64,000 nt of DNA from a virus. Its lineage: Duplodnaviria > Caudoviricetes. Position 1 is the stretch's first letter. The number at the start of each line of letters is the position of its first letter. Positions 10,463-22,806 of this stretch are shown piece after piece. The translations under genes were made by a program, and so were the position numbers. The DNA is taken from the IMG/VR virus record IMGVR_UViG_3300021256_000057, positions 32,001 to 96,000 of that record; one strand, written 5' to 3'. The notes under the pieces are model-generated. The model was not told the DNA's origin. It did no database searches and saw only the letters and a list, made by a program, of their open reading frames with translations.

Positions 10463-10831
10463 ATGATGGATGCATATGAATATCAGGAGCTTGCGATGAG
10501 GACGAACGATCGTAAGCACACAGAACGACTAAGGAAGATATTCGATGACGGCATGACTGCTCAGCTCTTAAATGGCTGTCTAGGACTATCTGGTGAAGTC
10601 GGTGAGTTTAACGACATGATCAAAAAGGTAGTATTCCACGAAGCAACAGCCGATGTTGACCATCTCGAAAAAGAGCTTGGTGACATCATGTGGTACATCG
10701 CGCTTATCTGCGATGCTTTTGGATTTGACCTTGACCATGTAATGCGGCTCAATATTGAAAAACTCAAAGCAAGATACCCAGATGGCTTTGATGTTGACAA
10801 GTCTGCTAACCGTGCGGAGGGCGATGTATGA
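10463..10831 (+). CDS. MazG-like nucleotide pyrophosphohydrolase
   Basis: LGLSGEVGEF...KELGDIMWY...NIEKLKARYPDGF. Confidence 0.9.
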   Translation: MMDAYEYQELAMRTNDRKHTERLRKIFDDGMTAQLLNGCLGLSGEVGEFNDMIKKVVFHEATADVDHLEKELGDIMWYIALICDAFGFDLDHVMRLNIEKLKARYPDGFDVDKSANRAEGDV

Positions 10832-11394
10832 ATTACCATAATATCACTACGGCAGATATGAAGAATGGGGATGGTCTTCGTGTTGTTCTATGGGTGGCTG
10901 GGTGTGCTCACAGATGTGATGGATGTCAAAACCCAGTAACCTGGGATCCATTCGATGGTCTTCCTTTTTCTGATGTGATCCTTCAAGAAGAGATATTCAA
11001 GGAGCTTGACAAGGACTATATATCTGGTATCACCTTTTCTGGTGGAGATCCGCTGCATCCTGCAAACAGACAGGAGATAGCGCGTATCGCAGAGATCGTG
11101 AAAGACAGATATCCAAATAAGACTATCTGGATGTACACTGGTTATACATGGGAGGAGATCATGCAGTATCCTATCCTTGTAGCTTCAGTGTCACAAGTAG
11201 ATGTTCTCGTTGATGGTCGCTTCAAGAAAGACCTATTGGATGTAAACTATCCTTGGGCTGGGAGCACAAATCAGCGTGTAATAGATGTTCAAAGGTCACT
11301 AAACGAAGGAGCTGTTGTTTTACATGAATGTGATCAAGAAAGACGGTACGCTGGAACGATACGACCCGAACAAAATTGTGGCTGCTGTAAGTAA
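10828..11394 (+). CDS. nrdG: Anaerobic RNR activating protein
   Basis: NGDGLRVVLWVAGCAHRCDGCQN radical-SAM motif; GSTNQRVID. Confidence 0.95.
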   Translation: MNYHNITTADMKNGDGLRVVLWVAGCAHRCDGCQNPVTWDPFDGLPFSDVILQEEIFKELDKDYISGITFSGGDPLHPANRQEIARIAEIVKDRYPNKTIWMYTGYTWEEIMQYPILVASVSQVDVLVDGRFKKDLLDVNYPWAGSTNQRVIDVQRSLNEGAVVLHECDQERRYAGTIRPEQNCGCCK

Positions 11395-13870
11395 GTCGGC
11401 ATCCAGAGTTATGGTAGATCTGTCGGACGAAGACAAGAAAGCCATTGTAGCATTCGTATCGAACGAGCTGGCAAAGACAGATTTGACTGATATCCCTATC
11501 AAGACAATGCATAATCTCGTAGAACGTGCTCTTGATACATATAACTCAGAAGTAGCTAAATCATATCGAGATTACAGAAACTATAAAGAGGAGTTCATTC
11601 ATATCCTGGACGAAGTATATGTTGCATCGCAGGCTATTCGGTATATTGGGGATAAGGAGAACGCGAACACTGACAGTGCGCTAGTTGCAACAAAGAGAAG
11701 TCTTATCTACAAGGAATTGAACAAACGGCTGTATCGTAATTTCTTCATGACAAAAGATGAAGTAGAAGCATGTCGTGATGGTTACATCTATATCCATGAT
11801 CAGTCAGATAGACTTGATACAATGAACTGTTTTAGCCGGGACACCAAGTTCGTCACAGTAGACGGTGTGAGGTCGTTCAACGAGTTCAATGATGGTGACA
11901 CAGTAAAAGTGATCTCTCATACTGGCGCTGTAAGAGATGCAGTTGTTCACTCATATGGAATCCAAAATCTCCAAGAAGTTACATTTGCAAATGATGTCGA
12001 TGTTGTAACTGTGCTTGTTACAGAAAATCATCGCTGGATCTTGCACGATGGCTCTGAAACAACTTCTTTGGAGGTAGGTGACATCCTTGTAGATTCACCG
12101 CTAGAGCATGATTCAGACACTGTACCGTGGACTGTAGTTGACATCAACAGCACATATCGTGTAGAGGAAGTATGGTGTCTTGAAGTTGAAGTAGACCATA
12201 GTTTTCTGCTCGAATGGGGCATCCCTACAGGAAATTGCTGTTTGTTCGACATTGAAAAGGTCATGACTGGTGGGTTTGAAATGGGCAATATTTGGTACAA
12301 TGAACCAAAGACCCTTGATACCGCATTCGATGTTATCGGAGATATTATCCTGTCTACAGCTTCTCAGCAATATGGTGGGTTTACTGTACCAGAGGTAGAC
12401 AAGATCCTGTCTCCATACGCAGCTAAGTCATATAAGAAGTACCTTGCTGAATATGATGAAACAATGGCAGATGCAGGGATCATCGCGATCAATTCCGAAA
12501 AGCGTGAAGCATATGCAATGAAAAAGGTACAGCGCGATATGGAACAGGGCTTCCAGGGCATTGAAATGAAACTCAATACAGTGGGCTCTTCCAGAGGCGA
12601 TTACCCATTTATCACAATGACCTTTGGACTCTCTACCGATGTATTCGGTAAGATGGTAAGCAAGACATTCCTCACAGTCCATATGAATGGACAGGGCAAG
12701 GCAGGGAATAAAAAGCCCGTGCTATTCCCTAAGCTCGTTTACCTCTATGATGAAGAGCTCAACAAACCCGGCGGAGTAAATGAGGATGTATTTGAAGTAG
12801 CTATCAAGTGCAGCTCCAAAACGATGTATCCAGACTGGCTATCTCTCACTGGAGATGGTTATGTACCAGAGATGTACAAGAAGTATGGCAGAGTTATTTC
12901 GCCCATGGGATGCAGGGCTTTTCTATCTCCTTGGTACGAACGTGGTGGCATGTCACCTGCGGATGAAAATGACAAACCTGTATTTGTAGGCCGTTTCAAT
13001 ATTGGAGCAGTTTCGCTCCATTTGCCTATGATTCTGGCAAAAGCTCGTCAAGAGAGTAGAGACTTCTATGAAGTCCTCGACTACTATCTTGAAATGATCC
13101 GTAACATTCATAAGAGAACATATGAGTATGTTGGTGAACTAAAAGCCAGTGTAAACCCTGTAGCATACTGTGAGGGTGGCTTCTATGGTGGACATCTAAA
13201 GCCTAATGAGAAGATAAAGCCTCTTCTGAAGCCTATGACAGCATCATTTGGCATTACAGCATTGAATGAATTGCAGGAGCTGTACAATGGTAAATCCCTT
13301 GTAGAAGATGGTGAGTTTGCCCTTGAGGTATTGAAGTACATCAATGATAAGGTCGCACAGTTCAAGGCAGAGGACGGTTATCTGTATGCTATTTATGGAA
13401 CACCTGGCGAAAGTCTATGCTCCAAGCAGATCGAGCAGTTCCGCAAAAAGTATGGTATCGTAGATAAGGTATCTGATAGACCGTATGTAAGCAATTCGTT
13501 CCATTGCCATGTAACTGAGGATATCACACCGATCGAGAAGCAGGATCTTGAAGGCCGCTTCTGGAATTACTCAAACGGTGGTAAGATACAGTATGTAAGA
13601 TACCCTGTAAGCTATAATATCGAAGCTGTAAAGACCCTTGTTCGCAGGGCGATGAAACTTGGATACTATGAGGGAGTAAATCTATCTCTTGCATACTGCG
13701 ATAATTGCGGACATCAAGAGCTTGAGATGGATGTATGCCCTGTATGTGGCAGCACAGACCTTACTAAGATCGATCGCATGAACGGATATCTTGCATATAG
13801 CAGAGTGCATGGAGATACACGACTTAACGCTGGTAAGATGGCTGAGATCGCAGAGAGGAAGTCGATGTGA
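11324..13870 (+). CDS. nrdD: Class III anaerobic ribonucleoside-triphosphate reductase with intein
   Basis: ATP cone (VIKKDG), YIHD, SPMGCR, C-terminal CxxC..CxxC and RMNGYL glycyl-radical loop. Confidence 0.96.
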   Translation: MNVIKKDGTLERYDPNKIVAAVSKSASRVMVDLSDEDKKAIVAFVSNELAKTDLTDIPIKTMHNLVERALDTYNSEVAKSYRDYRNYKEEFIHILDEVYVASQAIRYIGDKENANTDSALVATKRSLIYKELNKRLYRNFFMTKDEVEACRDGYIYIHDQSDRLDTMNCFSRDTKFVTVDGVRSFNEFNDGDTVKVISHTGAVRDAVVHSYGIQNLQEVTFANDVDVVTVLVTENHRWILHDGSETTSLEVGDILVDSPLEHDSDTVPWTVVDINSTYRVEEVWCLEVEVDHSFLLEWGIPTGNCCLFDIEKVMTGGFEMGNIWYNEPKTLDTAFDVIGDIILSTASQQYGGFTVPEVDKILSPYAAKSYKKYLAEYDETMADAGIIAINSEKREAYAMKKVQRDMEQGFQGIEMKLNTVGSSRGDYPFITMTFGLSTDVFGKMVSKTFLTVHMNGQGKAGNKKPVLFPKLVYLYDEELNKPGGVNEDVFEVAIKCSSKTMYPDWLSLTGDGYVPEMYKKYGRVISPMGCRAFLSPWYERGGMSPADENDKPVFVGRFNIGAVSLHLPMILAKARQESRDFYEVLDYYLEMIRNIHKRTYEYVGELKASVNPVAYCEGGFYGGHLKPNEKIKPLLKPMTASFGITALNELQELYNGKSLVEDGEFALEVLKYINDKVAQFKAEDGYLYAIYGTPGESLCSKQIEQFRKKYGIVDKVSDRPYVSNSFHCHVTEDITPIEKQDLEGRFWNYSNGGKIQYVRYPVSYNIEAVKTLVRRAMKLGYYEGVNLSLAYCDNCGHQELEMDVCPVCGSTDLTKIDRMNGYLAYSRVHGDTRLNAGKMAEIAERKSM
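11828..12235 (+). mobile_element. Mini-intein (136 aa) in NrdD
   Basis: Starts CFSRDT, block B VTENHRW, ends VWCLEVEVDHSFLLEWGIPTGN followed by +1 Cys; removal restores TMN-CCLFD. Confidence 0.9.
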
Positions 13871-13871
13871 C

Positions 13872-14285
13872 ATGACTGAGCTAGTTAGAAAAGTCCGTAC
13901 AGCGCATAAGCCACATCAATGTGATTATTGCAACTGCGAGATACAAACTGGTGAACAGTACGACTATCAGAAGTATACAGAGGATGGCAAGTTCTGGGAG
14001 TGGAAATCACACTTGAAGTGTCTTGAGCTTGCAGAATACCTTTGGAGCTACATTGACCCAATGTATGATGAAATGACATCAAGGATGTTTCAAGAGGGTG
14101 TAGCAGACTTCTGCGATGAATATGTATGCCCTGTGTGTAATGACCCAAATAAAGAAGAGGATCATTGCATCTACGATGTACCTACAAGTATCGCTAAAGC
14201 ATACGAGTTCATCCAAGATCACAAGCTCGTGAGACTTGATACGCCCGATGCAGATGGCCGTCTTTGGTCTTGCGTAGAGAAGTAA
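13872..14285 (+). CDS. Zinc-ribbon protein
   Basis: RTAHKPHQCDYC...H.KC motif. Confidence 0.65.
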   Translation: MTELVRKVRTAHKPHQCDYCNCEIQTGEQYDYQKYTEDGKFWEWKSHLKCLELAEYLWSYIDPMYDEMTSRMFQEGVADFCDEYVCPVCNDPNKEEDHCIYDVPTSIAKAYEFIQDHKLVRLDTPDADGRLWSCVEK

Positions 14286-14364
14286 AACAGCGTAAAACAG
14301 GCTCGGTTTGATACTGAGCCTGTTTTTCTAACCTTGTATATCAATAGAGTTGGAGGTGCCTGCC

Positions 14365-15159
14365 TTGAATGTAAAATATGTAGATGGTCTAAAAGTTTAT
14401 GAGATATCGGCGAATTACAGTATTATCAAAACAGATAGATACTATGTCCGTGCCAAGCAGGATGCAGAGTGGAAGTACATTGTCGATGCTGATAATCTGT
14501 ATGGTTTCTCATCATTAGATGCAGCAGTCGAATACATCGGAAGAAAAGATGATAATATCGACTACATGCAAGCATCAGCCCATGTTAGCGAAGATGCTGT
14601 GCTTGCTATGTCTTTGATAGGAGCATACCAGTCTGGGCTTAATTCGTATAGGATCAAGAATACCAATGTCACGGCGAGCATTGTGTTTGATGATGGAAGT
14701 ATTGCTATTGAGGCAACGGCAAACGGCAAGAAGTCAATGCGTCATTATCTCAATACTGAGGACGGTCTTGATAATGCTATTCGATATATCGAAGCCGCAT
14801 ATAGATCAGTAAATGTTGATGTATCCTCTGAGGTCACTAGCACGATCACATCTGCTATCAATACAAGAGATCTTGCATCGCACATCGGTCAGGTAAAATC
14901 ATCGAACATCTGGGGATATTACTATTACAAGCCAGATAGAAAGTCGAGAGATGGATACCTTTTGGTTCAATTCAAGGACAAGAACGGTGGCAAGGGGGAT
15001 GTATACATCTATTATGATGTTCCATTTACAGTATATCGGAAACTAGAGACGACCAATTCAAAGGGACACTATTTCTGGGTGTACATTCGTAACTATTACA
15101 AGTATTCTAAGCTGACAGGTAATAAGCGTGGTGTTCTACCTAACGCTATCAATAACTAA
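14365..15159 (+). CDS. Protein with C-terminal KTSC-like domain
   Basis: VKSSNI...LLVQFK...YIYYDVP...SKGHYFWVYIR; GGAGG RBS before TTG 14365. Confidence 0.7.
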   Translation: MNVKYVDGLKVYEISANYSIIKTDRYYVRAKQDAEWKYIVDADNLYGFSSLDAAVEYIGRKDDNIDYMQASAHVSEDAVLAMSLIGAYQSGLNSYRIKNTNVTASIVFDDGSIAIEATANGKKSMRHYLNTEDGLDNAIRYIEAAYRSVNVDVSSEVTSTITSAINTRDLASHIGQVKSSNIWGYYYYKPDRKSRDGYLLVQFKDKNGGKGDVYIYYDVPFTVYRKLETTNSKGHYFWVYIRNYYKYSKLTGNKRGVLPNAINN

Positions 15160-15169
15160 GGAGGCTCAT

Positions 15170-15634
15170 ATGAAGATCTCAAAGTCTACTATCACCGCTG
15201 CAATAAAGCCCGCTAAGTCAAAAGGCACTACATTCTATAAGGCTACAGTAGATGATATTATCAAGGCATACTCAGATAAGAACACTAACGTATGGATCAA
15301 AGCACTCTTTGAGGATATTGGATTTGATGCGATCAACTTTGAAAAAGGACTTTATGGCAGTAAAGTGATAGATGATGCTCTGTATATCTGTGAGACAGAT
15401 GGGCACATGGTAGATGTCGATAATTATAAATATGACCCAGAGGAAATGCTGGAAGATATCTCTTTGACAGATATTGAAGATATGATACAAGATGCTACAC
15501 CAGAGATCATCCGTAGGCATATCACTGAATATGAAGTATATATGCCGGACTTTGATAAACTAGCTGTTTCCCTGCTAGAGGATGGGGAGAGCTTTTCAGA
15601 GCTTGTTAGATACTACCAGGAGTTTGAAAAGTGA
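15170..15634 (+). CDS. Acidic hypothetical protein with basic leader (MKISKSTITAA)
   Basis: AAGGAGG RBS; leader ends in ITA-A. Confidence 0.65.
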   Translation: MKISKSTITAAIKPAKSKGTTFYKATVDDIIKAYSDKNTNVWIKALFEDIGFDAINFEKGLYGSKVIDDALYICETDGHMVDVDNYKYDPEEMLEDISLTDIEDMIQDATPEIIRRHITEYEVYMPDFDKLAVSLLEDGESFSELVRYYQEFEK

Positions 15635-15663
15635 AAAAGCCCATGAAAAGATCATGGGCTCTG

Positions 15664-16389
15664 TCACTCGTCAAGATTAGCTTTTAGTCGATTATAGAGC
15701 ATCTCCATCGCAAGAGGTAGTTTTCTTTGCAGCTCCTCATAAGGGATGCAGTACATATTTGCCATATCATATAGCTTCTTATCGGTAAGTCTGCTCTCGG
15801 TCTCTATCATCTCTTGAATAAGTAGTTCTTCTATAGTGTCATACATGCAAGTGTGATACTTTTCAATACCTGGAGCTGCACTTGGGGCTTCTAGGAACAG
15901 TTCGTGATCCGCGAGGTCTGCTGGATAGCTTGCACCAAGAACGGCCTTTATCGCTATCATATCATCCACTGGAAGAGTGACCTTGGATAGATCATCATAG
16001 TTCACTTCGCTCCACTTTTTATTGAGCTGCTTTGCTACCTTCATACATAGTGTGCGTCTTGTTGTATAGCTAACAGTGCTAAGACGTCGTTTGACTTCTT
16101 CTGCAATACGCAGTTTGAAGAATGATGTGAACGCCAGGTCAGCTCGATACTTGCCCCATTTGTATTTCCACCACATACCCATAAATGATAGTATGGCAGT
16201 TTGAAGTTTATCCTCATATGGTGTGTTTTCTACAAATGTTGTCGAGGCAACGTATCCGAAAAAACTGTAATTGAGATCAATGATCTCATTTCGCTCTTTG
16301 AAGCATCGTTTCCTCTGTTCCAATTCTGTAGGGAGACTATCATATATCTCCTGTGTCCGCTGTTTTATGTATTCCTTCGTATAACCCAT
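15664..16389 (-). CDS. Putative phage sigma-factor-like protein
   Basis: ERNEIIDLNY, EDKLQTA, FTSFFKLRI resemble sigma70 region 2; helical C-terminal HTH-like part. Confidence 0.6.
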   Translation of the reverse strand: MGYTKEYIKQRTQEIYDSLPTELEQRKRCFKERNEIIDLNYSFFGYVASTTFVENTPYEDKLQTAILSFMGMWWKYKWGKYRADLAFTSFFKLRIAEEVKRRLSTVSYTTRRTLCMKVAKQLNKKWSEVNYDDLSKVTLPVDDMIAIKAVLGASYPADLADHELFLEAPSAAPGIEKYHTCMYDTIEELLIQEMIETESRLTDKKLYDMANMYCIPYEELQRKLPLAMEMLYNRLKANLDE

Positions 16390-16492
16390 ATCGATCACTC
16401 CTAGAACTAAGAGAGGGACAAAGTTTTCAACAATAATTAAGGTTAGTTAGTACGATCAGCCCACATGCATATAGAATGTGAGCTGATCTTTT

Positions 16493-16891
16493 TTAATTAA
16501 GTTTTTCATACTCTCCTAGGTCGTTTCGATATGCTGTAAAGGTCTGTCCTATTTCATATTCTACTTTTTCTTTTTCATCACAAGTGATTCTTAGTAGGTT
16601 TGTTTCATCTTCTACAAGATATACTTGGTACTCCTGTTTCGATATGGCATCTTGATTTGTCTCGGTCGTACATGTTATCTTGTATACATCATATGTATGA
16701 GCTATATTATCAGAATGTTCTGAGCGGATACATACTCCGATTAAAAATACCAACATCACCGCTGATAAGCACCCAAGCAAACAATTCCCGATGTCATCAT
16801 CTTTGAGTGAAAGGTGTATATAGACTATCGATAAAATACTACCGAGCGTACAGAGGCATAGAATTAGCCAAAAGACAAAAGTATTAAGCAA
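16493..16891 (-). CDS. Membrane protein with two TM segments
   Basis: Two hydrophobic N-terminal helices. Confidence 0.6.
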   Translation of the reverse strand: MLNTFVFWLILCLCTLGSILSIVYIHLSLKDDDIGNCLLGCLSAVMLVFLIGVCIRSEHSDNIAHTYDVYKITCTTETNQDAISKQEYQVYLVEDETNLLRITCDEKEKVEYEIGQTFTAYRNDLGEYEKLN

Positions 16892-16892
16892 T

Positions 16893-17936
16893 TTACATCA
16901 CCGCCAATTGTTCTATTTGTTTGTCTCTTGCAAGGACCTGTTCGTTAGCTCGCATCATGAAGGCTTCGATACGCTTCATATCAGGTTTATCCGGCAGTAC
17001 CGAATGGTCCTTTGCGTAGTCCATGCGGTTCTCATAATCATGGACGATATCATAAAACGCAGCAGTCGGCTTTCCGTCTTCCCCAAGGAACTCTCCGTTT
17101 CGGATGCTCATCAAGAGGTCATGCTCTTTCTCTCGGAACGTATTGATCTCGCCGTACAGGAGCATGTCTTCGCACATCATATAGAGGCGGAGAAGATGCA
17201 TGGAATGCTTAGCGATCTTACCGTGTGCCAGAGCTTTTTCATTGCGGGAGCTGTTCTTGTGATAGTCCCTGAGTGTATTGTTCAAGGCACCAAGGACGCC
17301 TGCGAGGTTTTCTGCAGGATAATCGTCTACATGGAGGCTCATGACGATCTGTCCGTCCTTCAGTTTCGCCTCAACGTCATACATGCCATGCTGTTCCTCC
17401 AGCATCTGTCGCATCCCATTAAGGGTTTTGACGATATGTGCATTGAGCTGCTCTTGGGGCATCGCTGCCAAGGACTTCTGCTGCAACCGATACATCTGCT
17501 GGTTCGCATAGCCCATGAAAGACCTAATGCAACGATTAGACAGGAACATGTCTTTATTATCCAGCAAAGACTGTCCCAGATTGGACACATACAGATAATG
17601 CTCTGGTTTCAGCCCCAGAATCTCTACGGTATTCGGGTTGCAGTTTACCAGAAGCGAAATGACCTTCTTCAAAGAGTAGATAGTTGTATCAGTGACCTCA
17701 TTGATGACTTGTTCAAAGCCCTGTCCAAGCAGGATGTCTTTCTTGCTGTGCATGGCTATTCCCCGGATATCCATATCCGAGGCCGGTGTGTTTGTTCCAT
17801 AGGCGTGAGAGCCACCCAGTCCGATAAGGACAGGTGTATGCAGCTCTGGTGTCTTATCCAGAAACGCATACGCTGTAGCATCGATAGGTTTCCCGATTTT
17901 TTCGAGCTTGTCTGCAAGATAGACAGATAGTTTCAT
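16893..17936 (-). CDS. RlaP-like DNA-pol-beta superfamily nucleotidyltransferase
   Basis: GGSHAYGTNTPASDMDIRG, NPNTVEIL, KHSMHLLRL, SVLPDKPD. Confidence 0.85.
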   Translation of the reverse strand: MKLSVYLADKLEKIGKPIDATAYAFLDKTPELHTPVLIGLGGSHAYGTNTPASDMDIRGIAMHSKKDILLGQGFEQVINEVTDTTIYSLKKVISLLVNCNPNTVEILGLKPEHYLYVSNLGQSLLDNKDMFLSNRCIRSFMGYANQQMYRLQQKSLAAMPQEQLNAHIVKTLNGMRQMLEEQHGMYDVEAKLKDGQIVMSLHVDDYPAENLAGVLGALNNTLRDYHKNSSRNEKALAHGKIAKHSMHLLRLYMMCEDMLLYGEINTFREKEHDLLMSIRNGEFLGEDGKPTAAFYDIVHDYENRMDYAKDHSVLPDKPDMKRIEAFMMRANEQVLARDKQIEQLAVM

Positions 17937-18156
17937 GTGATCTCTCCTTTCTTATTTCACGACATATCTATGGCATTAGTATATACTAATTGTGTAAACC
18001 GACAATTATGGTACAAAAGATGCAAAACAATAGGCGAAGAAGCCAGCTAGCGAGCTCCGTTTTGTCATCTTCCTCCAAGGATATTTCAATATTGATCCCA
18101 CACATTGCTGCAGACAGAACCAATATGACTAAACAAGCAATATACATTGGCTGTAA

Positions 18157-20405
<2,249 letters not shown>

Positions 20406-20518
20406 AGTATCATCTCCTAATCTACAAATGGATTCATACATATATTATAACGAGTGTGGATAATAAAAAAGCCCATTGCACCAAAACGATGCAATGGACT
20501 TTGTAATATGATAAATTG

Positions 20519-20902
20519 TCACTGAGCTTTCTGTTGTATGATATAAGATTCAATGTACCTAGTAACAAGAGCTTGCATGTCGATACGCTGATCTTCTATC
20601 AATTGCTTTGTCTGCATAGTAACACTATCCATGACCTGCTTCACGGCAGCATCAAGAACTTTTTGCTGTGTTTCTTTATTCCAGTTACCATCATTCTTGT
20701 ACTGTGCGACCATAGTCTGCTCTAGGCAATTTACAGTTGTAGCTACTGTCATTGTAATGTCTTGTACATATGACTGCATCCGCTCATTCTGTATTTTAGA
20801 CTGTATCCATGTGGATATTGCCGGGAGAAGTACAGACGTGATAATGGAAGAGATGATAGTGATAGCACCAGCTATGAGGTACTTTAGTATGATCTCACTC
20901 AT
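20519..20902 (-). CDS. Putative holin (LL-H-like)
   Basis: One N-terminal TM followed by V..(L)EQT.V...K..G and IES motifs. Confidence 0.6.
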   Translation of the reverse strand: MSEIILKYLIAGAITIISSIITSVLLPAISTWIQSKIQNERMQSYVQDITMTVATTVNCLEQTMVAQYKNDGNWNKETQQKVLDAAVKQVMDSVTMQTKQLIEDQRIDMQALVTRYIESYIIQQKAQ

Positions 20903-20918
20903 TTATAATCGACCACCA

Positions 20919-21233
20919 TTACAATTTTGCTACAAGAGCATCACTAGCATTGCCAACGTAAAGTTCACCAGTATCTACATCTTCGATCAAGATACCAGAT
21001 CTGTAACCGTTTGTCTCATTCCATGACATACCGATGATATCATAGTTCATAGACATAGGATCAAAAGTTCCTGCCATATCATCTGCAATGCCAGACTGCA
21101 CCATATCACGAAGCTCTTTCTTTGTGAACAGATACTCGCCAGGGAATCGCTTTGTTTGCTTACCGTACTTCTTGCCATTTGGAGCTGTCCACGCAGATGC
21201 GAGGATGCTTGATGATTTAATATATCTTACCAT
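20919..21233 (-). CDS. Leader-bearing small protein (MVRYIKSS)
   Basis: Conserved leader; GAGGTG RBS. Confidence 0.75.
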   Translation of the reverse strand: MVRYIKSSSILASAWTAPNGKKYGKQTKRFPGEYLFTKKELRDMVQSGIADDMAGTFDPMSMNYDIIGMSWNETNGYRSGILIEDVDTGELYVGNASDALVAKL

Positions 21234-21244
21234 GTTATATCACC

Positions 21245-21457
21245 TCATGAAATAATATCAGATATCCGATTCAAGGAGTCTTGAATACCTTCAGATGCAA
21301 GATATACCTGACTCGTAGCTGCGTCATTGTCATTTATTTCAGACATAATGCGCTTTGCCTCAGCAATGATAATTCTGCACTCCTTCAATATAGATTGCTT
21401 GCCTGATGTATCAAGATCCATTGAATTGTAATATGCAGATTTAATATATTTCTTCAT
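21245..21457 (-). CDS. Leader-bearing small protein (MKKYIKSA)
   Basis: Conserved leader; GAGGTG RBS. Confidence 0.7.
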   Translation of the reverse strand: MKKYIKSAYYNSMDLDTSGKQSILKECRIIIAEAKRIMSEINDNDAATSQVYLASEGIQDSLNRISDIIS

Positions 21458-21468
21458 TTTATATCACC

Positions 21469-21909
21469 TCATGTAGGATCGTACTCAGAAAAATACATAT
21501 TCATCAATTCATGCGCTAAAGACGGGTCATCCTCCCCTGCTCTAGCAAGAGTATCATTGAAGTAGATCTTACCCTGAGAATTGAATCCACATAGATAATA
21601 CTCCCTAAACAGGATGATAAGCTGCTTCAGTTCTTCTGAATAATCTGTATCCCCTTTGTCGATAGCTGTATTGATGCGTTTGCATTTTTCAAGTATTTGT
21701 GTTTGTAATGCAGTGCGCTGCGCTGACTGCATCCGTGTCATTTGTTCTGACAGATCACTGACGACCTTTGATTGATCTGTAACAGACTTTAGTATCTCCT
21801 TTGTATATCTCTTACCTGGATTGATCTTCTCCCAGTTATTAAGCACTGCAACGAGTACGGCAGATACAACAGGAGCTAAAACTGGAGCCAACTCTTTTAT
21901 AAATTCCAT
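21469..21909 (-). CDS. Membrane-anchored holin-associated-like protein
   Basis: N-terminal TM, coiled coil, Y..CG.N..G motif. Confidence 0.45.
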   Translation of the reverse strand: MEFIKELAPVLAPVVSAVLVAVLNNWEKINPGKRYTKEILKSVTDQSKVVSDLSEQMTRMQSAQRTALQTQILEKCKRINTAIDKGDTDYSEELKQLIILFREYYLCGFNSQGKIYFNDTLARAGEDDPSLAHELMNMYFSEYDPT

Positions 21910-21924
21910 TATGATCAGCTCCGA

Positions 21925-22266
21925 TCAATATTCAACGTCTTTAATGACCCATTTAAGGTATTGATCTGTCTCCTTGTCGCATAGAGGGCATACACCAGAG
22001 ATCTTCTCTACCTTTTGATCGGATTCTACAAGAGCGGATATGAATAGACCGTGACATCTATCGCACTCTGCAAGGAAGTGATTTGCCACGTTGTTATCTA
22101 CTTCAATATCGACCTCATCTTCATCAATATCCTCTATGGTATCTTGGATGTCATCTACACTGTCAGAAATGTCATCGATTCTGTCTGCTAGTCCAAAGTC
22201 CTGCATATCATCCGCATAGATCTTCGATGCAGCAGTTACATTTTTCTTTTTCTTTGATATCTTCAT
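21925..22266 (-). CDS. Leader-bearing acidic protein with C-terminal zinc ribbon
   Basis: MKISKKKKNVTAAS; CDRC...CPLC. Confidence 0.7.
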   Translation of the reverse strand: MKISKKKKNVTAASKIYADDMQDFGLADRIDDISDSVDDIQDTIEDIDEDEVDIEVDNNVANHFLAECDRCHGLFISALVESDQKVEKISGVCPLCDKETDQYLKWVIKDVEY

Positions 22267-22339
22267 CGCTGTTCACCATCCATGTACGTCCGTCCCATTT
22301 GTGCATGAGACGGACGATGATATTCAAAAAGATGTATTA

Positions 22340-22801
22340 TCACTCAACGGAATTGAGCATCTCGGTCAGACGGTCAACAGTTTCGCTATCACCGCGCATA
22401 TCGGCCAGCTCGATTAGATACTCGATGTCCTCAGACTCCCAGGATTCATCGACCTCATCTACAAGATCCTCGTATACGCCCTCATATCCAGAATATGGAG
22501 TATTATACCACGTCTCAAGATGACCGTCTGCTACGATACAAGACTGATAGTCACTATTTGTCAGGAACACAAAACCACTATTCTTGTTGAACGCAGGACG
22601 AACCTCGTCATCATAGAAATCATCCGGCAGACCAGAACTCAGCCAAGCATCAAGAAGATCTCTCAGCTCTTCGATCTCACGCATGCCGAACTCAGACAGA
22701 TCATATGTAACGGGATCACTTGAAGATGCCATAACACGTCTGTTGCGCTTGATATTCTTGTTTGCCTTTACAGTATATCTCTTCTTGCTATTCTTTCTCA
22801 T
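22340..22801 (-). CDS. Leader-bearing acidic protein
   Basis: Basic leader ...RYTVKAN...RRVMASS followed by a highly acidic domain. Confidence 0.75.
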   Translation of the reverse strand: MRKNSKKRYTVKANKNIKRNRRVMASSSDPVTYDLSEFGMREIEELRDLLDAWLSSGLPDDFYDDEVRPAFNKNSGFVFLTNSDYQSCIVADGHLETWYNTPYSGYEGVYEDLVDEVDESWESEDIEYLIELADMRGDSETVDRLTEMLNSVE

Positions 22802-22806
22802 GATTA

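Noticed and set aside
16908-17930. 340-aa antisense ORF over the nucleotidyltransferase
   Set aside because: Shadow frame of a GC-richer gene; no RBS or recognisable motifs
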